Positions 34,101 to 43,625 of a DNA stretch of 64,000 nucleotides are shown one piece after another. Each line of letters starts with the position of its first letter. The first letter of the stretch is position 1. The notes below the pieces were generated by a model that was not told the DNA's origin, made no database searches, and worked only from the letters and a program-made list of their open reading frames with translations. The position numbers and the translations under genes are program-made. Origin of the DNA: Eubacteriales bacterium (GTDB lineage Bacteria > Bacillota > Clostridia > Oscillospirales > QAKW01); assembly GCA_045657265.1 (NCBI GenBank), contig JAZOSU010000035.1, positions 44 to 64,043 on the forward strand, given 5' to 3'.

Positions 34101-35987
34101 AAGTGCGCTGTTTTTAGCGTAATTAATAGCATTTTCAAGACTCTCGAAAATGTTTATGTCTTTAATAAAAGCGTATTCCGTGCCTTGCCAGTCAAGATAG
34201 ATAATACCGCCGTCTGCAGCGTATCCGCAGTCTACGTAGCAGAAAAGAGCTTTGTTTGAAAGAAGCGGATCACTTGTATACACGTCACTGAAATAATCTG
34301 ATCTGGGTTTTTCTGTAACTACAATTAAGCTGTAAACTTCTGATTCAAAATTATCATCAATTCCTGTATAGAAGTTTTTCATATAATAAACTTTACTTGA
34401 ATCAATATCATTATATTTAATGTCAGTTGCAGCTATCTGTGTTTTACAGTTTATATCTTTATAGAGTTTGTATGTTGTGTTTGAACTGTTGAATGTAAAG
34501 GATGCGCTACTTGCATCGCCTTCAGTCATCATATAGTAGATTTTGCCTGTTTCGTTATTTAAGAAAATTTTACCGTTTGAAGCAGTAACTGATTTGATAT
34601 CAACGTTAGGTGTGCAGTGTGTTGAAACTTTTTCACCGTCAAACGCTGTGTAGTAGCAGTCATTCATAACACCGTGTTCTGTTGCATTAAGAGTTCTGCC
34701 CTTTGCAAGAGTTATGTCAGCATAATATTTATCTGTCAAAAAGTTATCTGCTATATTGATTTTGCATTTACGAAGTGTATTTTCATTTACTCTGACAGCA
34801 ATTTCATCAGAAACACCGTCAAAAACGTTTCTATTGATTTCAATATTCATTGAACTTGAATTGAAAGTATCTGATAAAATAACGCTTTCTATTAACTGAA
34901 TATTGTCAACGCCTGTGGAAACATAGTTATCGTTAAACACAAGAGAGGTATATTTTGAAGGAGCTATTTTAACAACTCCGGAGTTGTTAGTTCCGCCGAT
35001 GAAAGTATTGTTTACAATAGCAACAGTCTTTTTATTACTGTTTTTCATAGCAGCTGTATCGCCTACAAAAGAGAAAAGCGTGGCGGTATTATCTTTAACA
35101 AAGCTGTTTTTGAAAACAAACTCTGTCTCAGAACCTGCCTGAGATATTTTTGAAACGGCAACGTCTGCAATTTCTGTATCAACGTATATACCGTCAATTG
35201 TTGTGAATGCAGGAACGTATCCGTTTATCAGAGAACCTGAGTCTTTTGTCTTGGCAACATAAAGGTTTTTAATGAGTAGTTTGTCTGTGTTTTCACCTTT
35301 TGTTTTGTTATTGGTAAAATCAAATACATTACTCATATCACCTTTAACCATTGAGTTTACAATTTCAATATCAAGGTTCCCGCTTCTGTATATATCCAGA
35401 ACGTCCTGAGTAAAAGTAAATCCGTAAAGGCCTACTTTCCCTGTAACTCCTTCACCGATATTGATTTTCGGAAGAGTATGAGTAAGTTTTTCAAACTCGG
35501 TATTTACACTCCATTCACCGTCAACACCCTCACCTTTGATAAAAGGCATTGTGTTGTATGCTTCTGAATAAAGCGCAGCTGCAATATTAATATTGATTTC
35601 GTCGCTTACTTCTTTTTTCAAAAGGATTACAGGATTTTTAATTCCGTTTGAAACAGCGTAATATTCAGCCGCTTCGTAGTTTTTGAAAACTTTTGTCATT
35701 GCATCAATGTCTTTATACTCTTCGTTGTTCCAGGTAAGAGTATATTTAAGTTCTTCATCGGGACCTTTGATGCCGACGTTTTCGTCAACTACCAATACAT
35801 TTTTTGATGTAACAACAACGTCAGCAATATTTGTTGAAAGCTGTGCTCCCAACTTGCCTGTTCCGTCGATGTCTGAGGTTGCTGCAGTGGCACGTGAAAA
35901 GTCAAATGCAAAGCCGTAGCCTGACACTAAGGTCATAAGCATAATGACACACATAACCAAAGAAAGCAGTCTTTTTGCGTTGTTCAT
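31122..35987 (-). CDS. Giant SLH-anchored cell-surface protein (1,621 aa) with two beta-helix-like modules; paralogue B
   Basis: Signal peptide MNNAKRLLSLVMCVIMLMTLVSGYGFA. Modules are marked by 'LYSEAYNTMPFIKG' and 'SYYTVNYATKPYIG'. The C-terminal third is collinear with paralogue A, including the Cys/His segment and three SLH repeats (high identity by eye). Confidence 0.92.
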   Translation of the reverse strand: MNNAKRLLSLVMCVIMLMTLVSGYGFAFDFSRATAATSDIDGTGKLGAQLSTNIADVVVTSKNVLVVDENVGIKGPDEELKYTLTWNNEEYKDIDAMTKVFKNYEAAEYYAVSNGIKNPVILLKKEVSDEININIAAALYSEAYNTMPFIKGEGVDGEWSVNTEFEKLTHTLPKINIGEGVTGKVGLYGFTFTQDVLDIYRSGNLDIEIVNSMVKGDMSNVFDFTNNKTKGENTDKLLIKNLYVAKTKDSGSLINGYVPAFTTIDGIYVDTEIADVAVSKISQAGSETEFVFKNSFVKDNTATLFSFVGDTAAMKNSNKKTVAIVNNTFIGGTNNSGVVKIAPSKYTSLVFNDNYVSTGVDNIQLIESVILSDTFNSSSMNIEINRNVFDGVSDEIAVRVNENTLRKCKINIADNFLTDKYYADITLAKGRTLNATEHGVMNDCYYTAFDGEKVSTHCTPNVDIKSVTASNGKIFLNNETGKIYYMMTEGDASSASFTFNSSNTTYKLYKDINCKTQIAATDIKYNDIDSSKVYYMKNFYTGIDDNFESEVYSLIVVTEKPRSDYFSDVYTSDPLLSNKALFCYVDCGYAADGGIIYLDWQGTEYAFIKDINIFESLENAINYAKNSALENPEIVLMDIGGSNTVTGNWKPTYPASYYTVNYATKPYIGDPTMEADQWKENIGSNAGQFDTQKGITLGTVTLDGNVPAGDYKFYGFAFKGGIKDNTRSTARLNCVNLYFENCYYSFNWSDAFLMSGNSDTNAAKGSTEDYLTFKNCYLNSNGTAARFTTGWQASDILFDGVYFVGGHHTSGETYMKQNTATASFRIINSHFKNFGQNAFHNQANNETIASGEDKLLEFSNNIMNNSYFFSDTIFPAYGKAWSKIIIKNNTIINQKEDMYLFRNISDGSSSVKLEFQVEGNKINCGSDRMPIGSLRTLTNTSYVRNNYVRESYSTDEVTYDGMQLKAMSGSSISLPKADSEDWGKYYIDSEMRGRPTDINKYSFSGENVIVDEENKTITYVVKGDDDAGITKIKNSEKGYTYKINLSHIVSNKYGNRLLLDYVLLGSTEADNKIFTGYMQYIMWIDTDVELNYPIELDLSVCAPDDKSEATPIEYKVKFVKEGPAVDTLTVGGETAEFKDGKYSVVLGGRGSGEKIVATPVMEGSTVAITDANGNPTDTVNISNFESAQYKVSVTYNGITLVLDLDITRGGADLEKFEEVYNKTNAIDPEDWLEGFNRAYQTLRAKMKVVLETGRDSITQAQADAYASQMEQILNDAVSEDEYKVLIKNAKRIKNKDGKYCTPTFKALQTTIENTESKVKTLSTASEYNAVMTNLQKAIDGVCEHTFKTYTHDEGTETCVGHGTKSAKCETKGCEEKDTVAETEKFATGKHTFDKYVYNNDATFEKDGTKTATCTVCKKAKDTVVAENTKLTTIDSSKKFKDVPAKSWYKDYVDYAVTYGLLNGTSKDTFEPTKTITRAEFVQVLANMSGVDTSNNKVTCKFTDVESGAWYASAVKWASEKGIVSGTSDTTFAPTAVITREQMCVMLVGYAAYAKVEVDTSAKVAKFVDDAKISSWAKDAVYACKAAGIVEGKDTGFCPQDTATRAEVAVIVSISHEKYMVG

Positions 35988-36049
35988 ATTAATACCTCTC
36001 TAAAGTTGATTTCTCTCACATAGTATAGTTGTGGGAATTATACAGTTTT

Positions 36050-36078
36050 ATTATAAAAAATCTAATTGCAAATGTCAA
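36050..36078 (-). promoter_or_regulatory. Consensus sigma-A promoter of paralogue B
   Basis: Minus strand reads TTGACA (36078-73), a 17-nt spacer, then TATAAT (36055-50). About 60 nt upstream of the ATG at 35987, which is preceded by AGAGAGG. Confidence 0.6.
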
Positions 36079-36294
36079 GAAAATATATAACTTTAGTGGT
36101 GCTGAAAAGTACGTTCATATATTGTGCAAAATGCCCTGTAACAATGCGGTTTTTAAGGTGTCACAACTATATTTTGTGTATGATATTTATATGCACACAA
36201 AAAGACTGTAAAAAGTTATAAAAGCATACGGCTTTTGCGATATTATATTAGTGCCATTTGGCACGTCAAAAGCCGTATATCGCATCGAATATAG

Positions 36295-36326
36295 AAGAGG
36301 CACACTTCTTAAGAAGTGTGCCTCTT
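36295..36326 (-). terminator. Perfect 32-nt palindrome downstream of paralogue C (terminator-like)
   Basis: AAGAGGCACACTTCTT|AAGAAGTGTGCCTCTT. A second nested hairpin follows at 36227-36279 (ATACGGCTTTTG ... CAAAAGCCGTAT with inner GTGCC/GGCAC). Confidence 0.5.
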
Positions 36327-36358
36327 TTGGTAAACGCTGTTTTTATTTAGTTTAAGGT

Positions 36359-39300
36359 TTACTGCATTGCTTTATATTCTATTGCTGAGTTTACATAGTT
36401 CATCATTGCATTTGTCACGAGTTTGAGTGCGCTGTCGCTTGACTGCTTTGCAAGATATGCATATGACTCAACATTGTATGCAACTGTATTACTTACAGCT
36501 GTATTTCCACGCATTAATGTGAAATAGAATATATCTTTTGTCTCACAAACGTTGAAGTTATCAAAGTTGAAGAAGTATTTACCATTTTGTCTGTAAATAC
36601 AGTTTTTAAGTGTTTCAACTGTACCGTCAGATTTTTCAACTTTAACTGAAAGGTCTGAGATAACGTCATTTGATTCAAAGCCAAGTCTCATATCCATTGC
36701 AGCATCAAGATAGAGACCAAAAGATTTCCACTCTGCTTTTGGTGAAGAAATAACTTTGTATTCCTTATCAATGCAGTTATAAAGAGTAGGAGCTGTTATT
36801 GTCTGGTCAATTGCAGAAAGATTCTTGTTTGCAAGATTATTTGTCTTATATGACTTATATTTCTGTGAAGCTGCGCCGTAATTAAGAATATCTCTGCAAA
36901 GAGCATAGAGTTCAAAATCTTCCTCTTCCTCTGCAGGCATTATTGTTTCGCAATATGTCGCAAGAGATGTTGTATATGTTGCAAGAGCAGCGTTCTTTCC
37001 GTCTTTTGTTCCGTAAAGAGTACCTGTAACTTCATCTATCATACGGTGTGGAGCAAGGTTACGGAATGTAAATACTTTGAAATCACCGTCAACAGTATAA
37101 TCAGTTACTTTAACTGTTTCGTCGCCCATTGTGAATTGCATATATACATCTGTGTAGTTTGTTGCACCGGCAACTTTATAATTAAGAGCGATATCGTTGT
37201 AAAGAGTTGCTGAAACGTAAGTTATATCTGCCGTGTCAACGTCTCTTGCCATTGAAATCATGCGTGTTTCTACTGCGCCTTTGCCGTCATTTGATTCAAC
37301 TGTAAGATAAAGAAGTTTGCCTTCCTGATATTCAAGTGCAGTTACGTCTTCAATAACTTGTGTAAAGTTGGAATCTGCATAAACAGTTACTTTATTATGC
37401 GGGTTATACAGATAATCGTTAAGGTTTACAACACTTACTGCATAAGGAACAAGCATATCGCAAACCTGAGCGTTTGTATTAAACGGTTTGCCTGAAAGTG
37501 TCATATCCTGAATTACGTTTGCGCTGAGTGTTTTAGCGCTGTCAAGCCAGTAATGACCGTCTGTCTGGTAATCGTAGATATTAACGCCGTTTTCTGTTCT
37601 GTAGTTATTACAGTCAAGAACAAATTTAACGCCGCCGAAGCTTACTGTATCTGTTGATGCAGGTCTCGACGCTACGCAGTAGTTATCTTTAACAAATACT
37701 TCATGCCAGGTTACCAAACGGTCTATATCGTAGTATGGATTAATTCCCATAAATACGTTATCTGTTATTGTAACGTAAGGTTCGGGATGAACATCATCGC
37801 CTCCCTTACCTGTAGCAAGGTTAAGGTTATCGTTTGGTGCATAAATGTAGTTATTCTTTACTACAAAATAGTTATAATATGTCTGTTTGTAATAAATGAA
37901 CGCTGAATTTTTGTTAAAGAATGTAAAGTTATAGAAAATGTTATCCTCAAGAATTATACTTCTTGATTTAGGTGATTGAGGGTATGTATTCTGATGGTAA
38001 TCAACACCGTAGCTGTTATGTCCTTCAAAATGGATATAGTTGGATGAAGGAGCAAGATTACGCAGGTTAGAATTTTTAATAGTAAATCTGTATTCTTTAC
38101 CGTACCAACCGATATATCTCGGTTCTATTGTAATGTTTCTGTCTGCATAGTCTGCAAACATACCGTCAATTGTAAGATTGGTCCAGAGATTGATATCGCC
38201 GTTAAACCAGTCAACTGTTGAGTTGTTTACATAGTAGGTATTTTTAACAGTAATATTGTCGTTATAAAGAGTTGCATCGTCAGCAGTTGTTTTAAAGTGA
38301 GTACCTGTATTGAAAAATCCTGCGCTACTGTAATTCTTTTCAACGTATGTGTTATTGAAAAGTACGTTTATATCGTTATCAGATGAACGTGTGCCGTAGC
38401 TATTCGCAGTATCATCCTGAATACAGTTGGTAATTGTGAATCCGTGGAATTCGTAATCACCTGCTTTGCACTTGTTAAGGATAAAGCATTTAACTTCGAT
38501 ACCGTCTTTGGTATTGAACGAGTTATCAAGACCTGTATTGATATTAGCTGTCCATTCAGAACCGTCGGGATCGAGGTTTCTGTCTGATGCAATATAAGGA
38601 GCTTTGTTATAGTTCTGAGTATAGTATTTACCCGGTGTTGTGGGAATGAAAGTGTTTACTTCAGTTTCACCGCTTACACCGCCTATATCTTTAATAAGGA
38701 ATGATGGGTTTGCGCCTGCGGCAGCTATTGCCTGATCAAGAGTTGCAAATACGTTTTTGCCTACAACGAATGAGTACATTTTTCCTGACCATTCAGTATC
38801 ATAGTATTTACCTGACGTATCAACTTTTGAGTCAACAAGTATAGCGTCGTCTGCGATTATATCATCATTAAAGTGCGGATACTTAGCATCTGCAACGCTT
38901 ACGTTTACTGTGTAAACGTCACCCGACCATGTTTTTGCATCATCAGCTGTATATTCACCTCTGAGGTAATACGTACCTGATGTTATTGAACCGAGAGTTG
39001 CGGCTGTTGTACAAGCAGAAGTTGTATAAACCTTACCTGTCACTTTATCTGAAGCAAAGCCAAAGTCAACCTCATCAAGAGTATATCCTGAAATAAGTGA
39101 AAGCGTAATTGATGTGCCGTTTATAGTTGAATCAAACACAGCGTCTGAATCTGATGTTACGCTTGATACGGCAAAACCGGATTTATACATCGGGTCAAAG
39201 CTGTTATCAAGAGCAAAGTCTGATTCGGTAATTGTTGATGCGCCTGTAACAGTTATTGCTGTACCTGATTTTTCAGTTGAAACCACCGAAGTTGTATGAT

Positions 39301-42300
39301 TGCCTTTTACAACTGAGTTTGCAGTATCAAGAGCTGTTGTTCCAAGGCTTATTGCAGGGTTAACACCAAGCAAGAGGTTATCGGTTATTGAAACTTTAAC
39401 TCCTACAGTGTTATCTGCATTTCTTTCTTGATAAATAAGATTTGTATTTGCAGCAGATGCAATTACAACGTTGTTATCAATGACTATATCGGAATATTTT
39501 CCTGTCTGTACAGGAATTATACCGTTCTTTGCCATTGAGAACTTATAGATTATTGAATCTTCTATAATAAGTTTCTTTGTTTCGCCTGATTCGATAACTG
39601 TATCGTCACCTTGGAAAAGGAAATCATAGCTTGTTCCTACAGGTGTGAAATTACGGAGGTTAGAGTTTCTGAAAACAATTGAGGTTGTTTTTCCTGAATT
39701 TTTAATATAGTTTACGTTGTATATATCAAAAGTATTGCCATCAACGTAAAGTCCGTCAAATATCACATTTGCAGGATAGAACTCATAAAGAAGTCTTGTT
39801 TTTGATGCGCTCTTCACGTAGCAGTTTTTAACTGTGAAGGTCTCACTGTTACTTGCATATTTTGCATTATTACCGTTAAGGTCAAACAGACATCTGGTAT
39901 CTGCATCTGTTTTGTTTACAAGAGTATTTTCCAAAGTTACGTTAAGCTTTGAAGTTTCTGCACGTCTGATGTCAAGATAATATCCTGTAAGCTCAACACC
40001 GCCGATGTATACGGAGCCTGTTGCATCAGGACCTATCTGAATAACAGATACGCTTGTTTTGTTCGCATTGTAAGCTGTATTGTAATCCCAGTCGTAGTCT
40101 GCATCAGCAGTTTTAACGTAAGGAACTGTACTATGGTTTGCTGTATAAATTTTAGCAGCAACGGGAATAGAAAGGATTCCGCCGTAGTTTCCTAAAAGGA
40201 TAGTCGGATTAGCTTTTCCTGCGTTTTTAGCTGAGTTTACAGCATCTGCCACGTTTGCAAAGGCATCTATACCTGCTACAAATGAATAGTCTCTGCCGTT
40301 CCACTTGGTTGTGAAACGTGTACCGTAATCTGCTGTTTCAATATCGCTCGTTACAAACAACGCATCGCTTGTGAAAGTGTTGTCTGTGAAAGTAGTTTTA
40401 TAATCAATATCAGTTGCAGGGCTTACAAGCACGTTGTAAACAAGTGTTGCGCCTTTGAATTTCACTTTCATAAAGTATCTGCCGTTTGCTGAAATAGTTG
40501 CAGGTACTGTACAGATAGAATCGGCATAAATTTCATATTCTGCGCCGCTTGTCATATTGAATACAGGATTTGTTGCACCTGTCATATGAATTGTGCGGTT
40601 TACATTATCAATAGTAACGTTTTCTCCGCCTGTTACTGATGAAACTGTAAATTCTGTGTTTTTGAGTTTGAGCGCAGGGTCAAGGAAGTAGGTTGAACCG
40701 TAAGGTTTACCGTTTGCAACTTCATCTGCATCCAAAGAATAAGGCGCGTAGTAGTTGTTTGCTTTAAGGTCGCCTATATTGCCCATTTCAACACCGATAA
40801 GACGGTTGTTATCAAAAGTGATACTTCCGCTCGTATCTGCCATTACTGAGTAATAGCCTGCGCCTGAGTTTACAAACCAGTTATCTTCGATATTAAGCGA
40901 TTTGATTTTAGATGCATCAAACGCCAACATTGAACCGTATGTTCTGATGCCTCTTGCGGCAGTTACTGTATTGCCTGTAAAGTTTACAGTTGCGTTTGAC
41001 ATTGCCACGCCTTTTGTTATATTTCCGAAAATTGAAGCATCAATTCCGTTAAATCTACAACCTGTAACGTTAAGAGCAAGCGTTTTTGATGAAAGACCTG
41101 ATGCCCATCCGTCAAACACTGAGGTTGTAATTATACCTGAAGCAAATTCAGAGTTTTTAATCGTAATTGTTGCAGGAGCAGCAGTTCCTGTAATAAATGA
41201 ACCTGTTGAACCTACTGAATTAATTTTTACGCCCTCAGCAGTAAACGTATTGTTTGTATCGCTGTTGTTATTTGAGCTTGAAAGTACAACGCTTCCGTTA
41301 ACTACTGAGTTTTTAAGTGAAAGTGTTATGGGGTATGAACCGCGGGAAGCATCTTTAAGATCTCCCTGAAGAACGATACCTGAAATTTCTACATTGTTTG
41401 TACTACCGCTTTGTGAAACTCCTGAATTAAGAGTAATTCCTTTTATAACTGTAAGCTGTGATTTTTTCCAGTCATCACCTGCGGTTGTACTGTCAAGACC
41501 ACCGTCCATTGTTGCGGGAGATGTCCAACATTCGCCATAAATTTCTGCGGCTCTTGAAAGTGAAATTGCCTCATATGTACCTGCAGGAATGATAATCTGC
41601 GGTTTGATTTTCACAAGACCCATCAAAGAAGTGGCAGCAGATTCCAATGAAGAAATTGTTGTATAGGTTCTGCCTGTAAAGTCATAAGTTACGCCGTTCC
41701 AAACAACAGTTTTTGCACCCGAAGGAGAATACAGATAAAGTCTGTCAGCTTCAAAAACATCGGGATAGTCAAGAGCAAGCTGAGTATATGAAACAGGTGT
41801 TGTAACCTGTGCCTCTGTGATTATTGTATATTTTACTGTGCTTCCCCCGATATTAACAGTCATTGTTGATTCGGAAGCTGCGGCTGTAAATGATGTTTTT
41901 GAATATGTAACAGATGTGGGGTTTGAACGGAATCTGAATCCGTAATCCTTTGAAACACCTGAAATAGTTGCGCCTTCTGCAACCTTGAATCTGATGATTC
42001 TGTTTTTATTGTCTATACTGATGGTGTCAAGATCATCATAGAAATCTGTTTCCATTACGTCAAACATATCAGATGACTTTGTCATTTTATAGTCAGTATA
42101 GTAAAAAGATGAATCATACTGGGTTTTATTTGAATCAGATGTATACCATAAACTGTTAAATTTATAATGATCTATCTGAGAACCGAAGTAACAAGGAGCC
42201 ACACCTTTTTCGTCATTTACGCTTGTAAGAGTAGGAGCAAAATAGTTATATGCAACCATACCTTTTACGCTGTAATTCTGATTTGAGGCTGCTCCCGCTG

Positions 42301-43588
42301 TCATTGTAGGAAGCATTGTCTTGAAACCGATAATTCTGTTATAAAGCAAATTAAGGGTATACGGTCCCGGCAAATGCGAACCGCCTTCAAACAATGTATC
42401 ATTAAGGTATACCGGAGTTTTTTCTGTACTGGTTTCAGCAAGATCTGATATAACAGTATTATGTGTGAAATCTACAGTCTGTGTTGTATAGTTATAGTCT
42501 TCACTTGATTGGAAAGTAATAATACCCCACTGATATACTGTTCTGTTGAAAATATTGTTGTCAAATATAATGTGGTTTTTGCCTTTTGAAAGACCGATTC
42601 TGAAAAGTCTTGAACTGTTAGTTGCGCCGGGGTCTTTGAAATAAGAATTTCTCACTTCAAAAGTATAACCCTCTTTTACACCTGCTACGTTTATGTTGCT
42701 TATAATGGGTTTGCTTGATTCATAAAACATACCGTCTATATATACGTGAGCAGGAACGTTGTCAAAGAGCGCTTTCTGAACAGTCTGGGTATTTATTCCG
42801 CGTTCTGTTGCCATACGCACGTCTGTAAAAGAAACATTATGTCTGTTATATGTATCGTCCGTACAGTTTATAGCGCAAACATAAGCACTGTTAAAATCGA
42901 GTATACTGTTTTTAACGTATACGTTTATGGTTTTCTCAGTAGAGTTAGCATTAACTTCATGTGTAGATTTATATAAAGGAGCTGTTGCTTCCGAGAGTCT
43001 GATACCGTCAATTATGATATTGTATTGCTTAACTCCGTTATTAAGCGCACCTTTATCATAGGTTGATTTATTTCCTAATGTAAAGGTACCTGAAACAACA
43101 GTTTCTGTATATCTTGTGCCTTTTTCCCAATAGCCCTCAGGGTCATTTGCCTGTTTCTGAGCCATATCCATCTGCGCATTTGGTGAAATACCTGCGTTAG
43201 CACCGAGAATTATAGCATTACTATACATTGTTGTACTTACAGAAACGTTACCGATTAATACAAATACAGGTGTCAGGTTTACAATGTTTGCACCTTTTTT
43301 GGTAAACCGAGAGTACGCTTGTTCAAAGGATGTAAAGCATTTTGTTGAAGAATACTTAACGCTGACAGTCTTACCGCGGAAAGCAAACGTCCAGTTGGTA
43401 GCGCTTGTACTTCCTGACGGCCATACAATATAAGTATTTTCGCTGTCAAAGAGCGCGTCGTAATCAAGCTCTATCTTTCCGTCAAATTCTTCTGCCTTGG
43501 CAAAAGCGGTGAGAGAAAATGCCGGAATTGAAGATATAAGCATTACAACGAGTGTTAAAAATGCCAATGTCTTTTTAAATCTAAACAT
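36359..43588 (-). CDS. Giant secreted protein (2,409 aa) with four beta-helix-like modules and a non-SLH C-terminal domain; paralogue C
   Basis: Signal peptide MFRFKKTLAFLTLVVMLISSIPAFSLTAFAKA. Two clear modules ('KIYTANHSTVPYVK', 'KYYTQNYNKAPYIA') and two more divergent N-terminal ones. Motifs 'VFRNSNLRNF', 'TIKNSNLRNL', 'LEDNIFYNF' and 'TDNVFMGI'. The last ~325 aa are shared with paralogue D. Confidence 0.9.
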   Translation of the reverse strand: MFRFKKTLAFLTLVVMLISSIPAFSLTAFAKAEEFDGKIELDYDALFDSENTYIVWPSGSTSATNWTFAFRGKTVSVKYSSTKCFTSFEQAYSRFTKKGANIVNLTPVFVLIGNVSVSTTMYSNAIILGANAGISPNAQMDMAQKQANDPEGYWEKGTRYTETVVSGTFTLGNKSTYDKGALNNGVKQYNIIIDGIRLSEATAPLYKSTHEVNANSTEKTINVYVKNSILDFNSAYVCAINCTDDTYNRHNVSFTDVRMATERGINTQTVQKALFDNVPAHVYIDGMFYESSKPIISNINVAGVKEGYTFEVRNSYFKDPGATNSSRLFRIGLSKGKNHIIFDNNIFNRTVYQWGIITFQSSEDYNYTTQTVDFTHNTVISDLAETSTEKTPVYLNDTLFEGGSHLPGPYTLNLLYNRIIGFKTMLPTMTAGAASNQNYSVKGMVAYNYFAPTLTSVNDEKGVAPCYFGSQIDHYKFNSLWYTSDSNKTQYDSSFYYTDYKMTKSSDMFDVMETDFYDDLDTISIDNKNRIIRFKVAEGATISGVSKDYGFRFRSNPTSVTYSKTSFTAAASESTMTVNIGGSTVKYTIITEAQVTTPVSYTQLALDYPDVFEADRLYLYSPSGAKTVVWNGVTYDFTGRTYTTISSLESAATSLMGLVKIKPQIIIPAGTYEAISLSRAAEIYGECWTSPATMDGGLDSTTAGDDWKKSQLTVIKGITLNSGVSQSGSTNNVEISGIVLQGDLKDASRGSYPITLSLKNSVVNGSVVLSSSNNNSDTNNTFTAEGVKINSVGSTGSFITGTAAPATITIKNSEFASGIITTSVFDGWASGLSSKTLALNVTGCRFNGIDASIFGNITKGVAMSNATVNFTGNTVTAARGIRTYGSMLAFDASKIKSLNIEDNWFVNSGAGYYSVMADTSGSITFDNNRLIGVEMGNIGDLKANNYYAPYSLDADEVANGKPYGSTYFLDPALKLKNTEFTVSSVTGGENVTIDNVNRTIHMTGATNPVFNMTSGAEYEIYADSICTVPATISANGRYFMKVKFKGATLVYNVLVSPATDIDYKTTFTDNTFTSDALFVTSDIETADYGTRFTTKWNGRDYSFVAGIDAFANVADAVNSAKNAGKANPTILLGNYGGILSIPVAAKIYTANHSTVPYVKTADADYDWDYNTAYNANKTSVSVIQIGPDATGSVYIGGVELTGYYLDIRRAETSKLNVTLENTLVNKTDADTRCLFDLNGNNAKYASNSETFTVKNCYVKSASKTRLLYEFYPANVIFDGLYVDGNTFDIYNVNYIKNSGKTTSIVFRNSNLRNFTPVGTSYDFLFQGDDTVIESGETKKLIIEDSIIYKFSMAKNGIIPVQTGKYSDIVIDNNVVIASAANTNLIYQERNADNTVGVKVSITDNLLLGVNPAISLGTTALDTANSVVKGNHTTSVVSTEKSGTAITVTGASTITESDFALDNSFDPMYKSGFAVSSVTSDSDAVFDSTINGTSITLSLISGYTLDEVDFGFASDKVTGKVYTTSACTTAATLGSITSGTYYLRGEYTADDAKTWSGDVYTVNVSVADAKYPHFNDDIIADDAILVDSKVDTSGKYYDTEWSGKMYSFVVGKNVFATLDQAIAAAGANPSFLIKDIGGVSGETEVNTFIPTTPGKYYTQNYNKAPYIASDRNLDPDGSEWTANINTGLDNSFNTKDGIEVKCFILNKCKAGDYEFHGFTITNCIQDDTANSYGTRSSDNDINVLFNNTYVEKNYSSAGFFNTGTHFKTTADDATLYNDNITVKNTYYVNNSTVDWFNGDINLWTNLTIDGMFADYADRNITIEPRYIGWYGKEYRFTIKNSNLRNLAPSSNYIHFEGHNSYGVDYHQNTYPQSPKSRSIILEDNIFYNFTFFNKNSAFIYYKQTYYNYFVVKNNYIYAPNDNLNLATGKGGDDVHPEPYVTITDNVFMGINPYYDIDRLVTWHEVFVKDNYCVASRPASTDTVSFGGVKFVLDCNNYRTENGVNIYDYQTDGHYWLDSAKTLSANVIQDMTLSGKPFNTNAQVCDMLVPYAVSVVNLNDYLYNPHNKVTVYADSNFTQVIEDVTALEYQEGKLLYLTVESNDGKGAVETRMISMARDVDTADITYVSATLYNDIALNYKVAGATNYTDVYMQFTMGDETVKVTDYTVDGDFKVFTFRNLAPHRMIDEVTGTLYGTKDGKNAALATYTTSLATYCETIMPAEEEEDFELYALCRDILNYGAASQKYKSYKTNNLANKNLSAIDQTITAPTLYNCIDKEYKVISSPKAEWKSFGLYLDAAMDMRLGFESNDVISDLSVKVEKSDGTVETLKNCIYRQNGKYFFNFDNFNVCETKDIFYFTLMRGNTAVSNTVAYNVESYAYLAKQSSDSALKLVTNAMMNYVNSAIEYKAMQ

Positions 43589-43625
43589 ACCTTTTCTCCT
43601 TTAAAGATATTATTTATTTTATATA

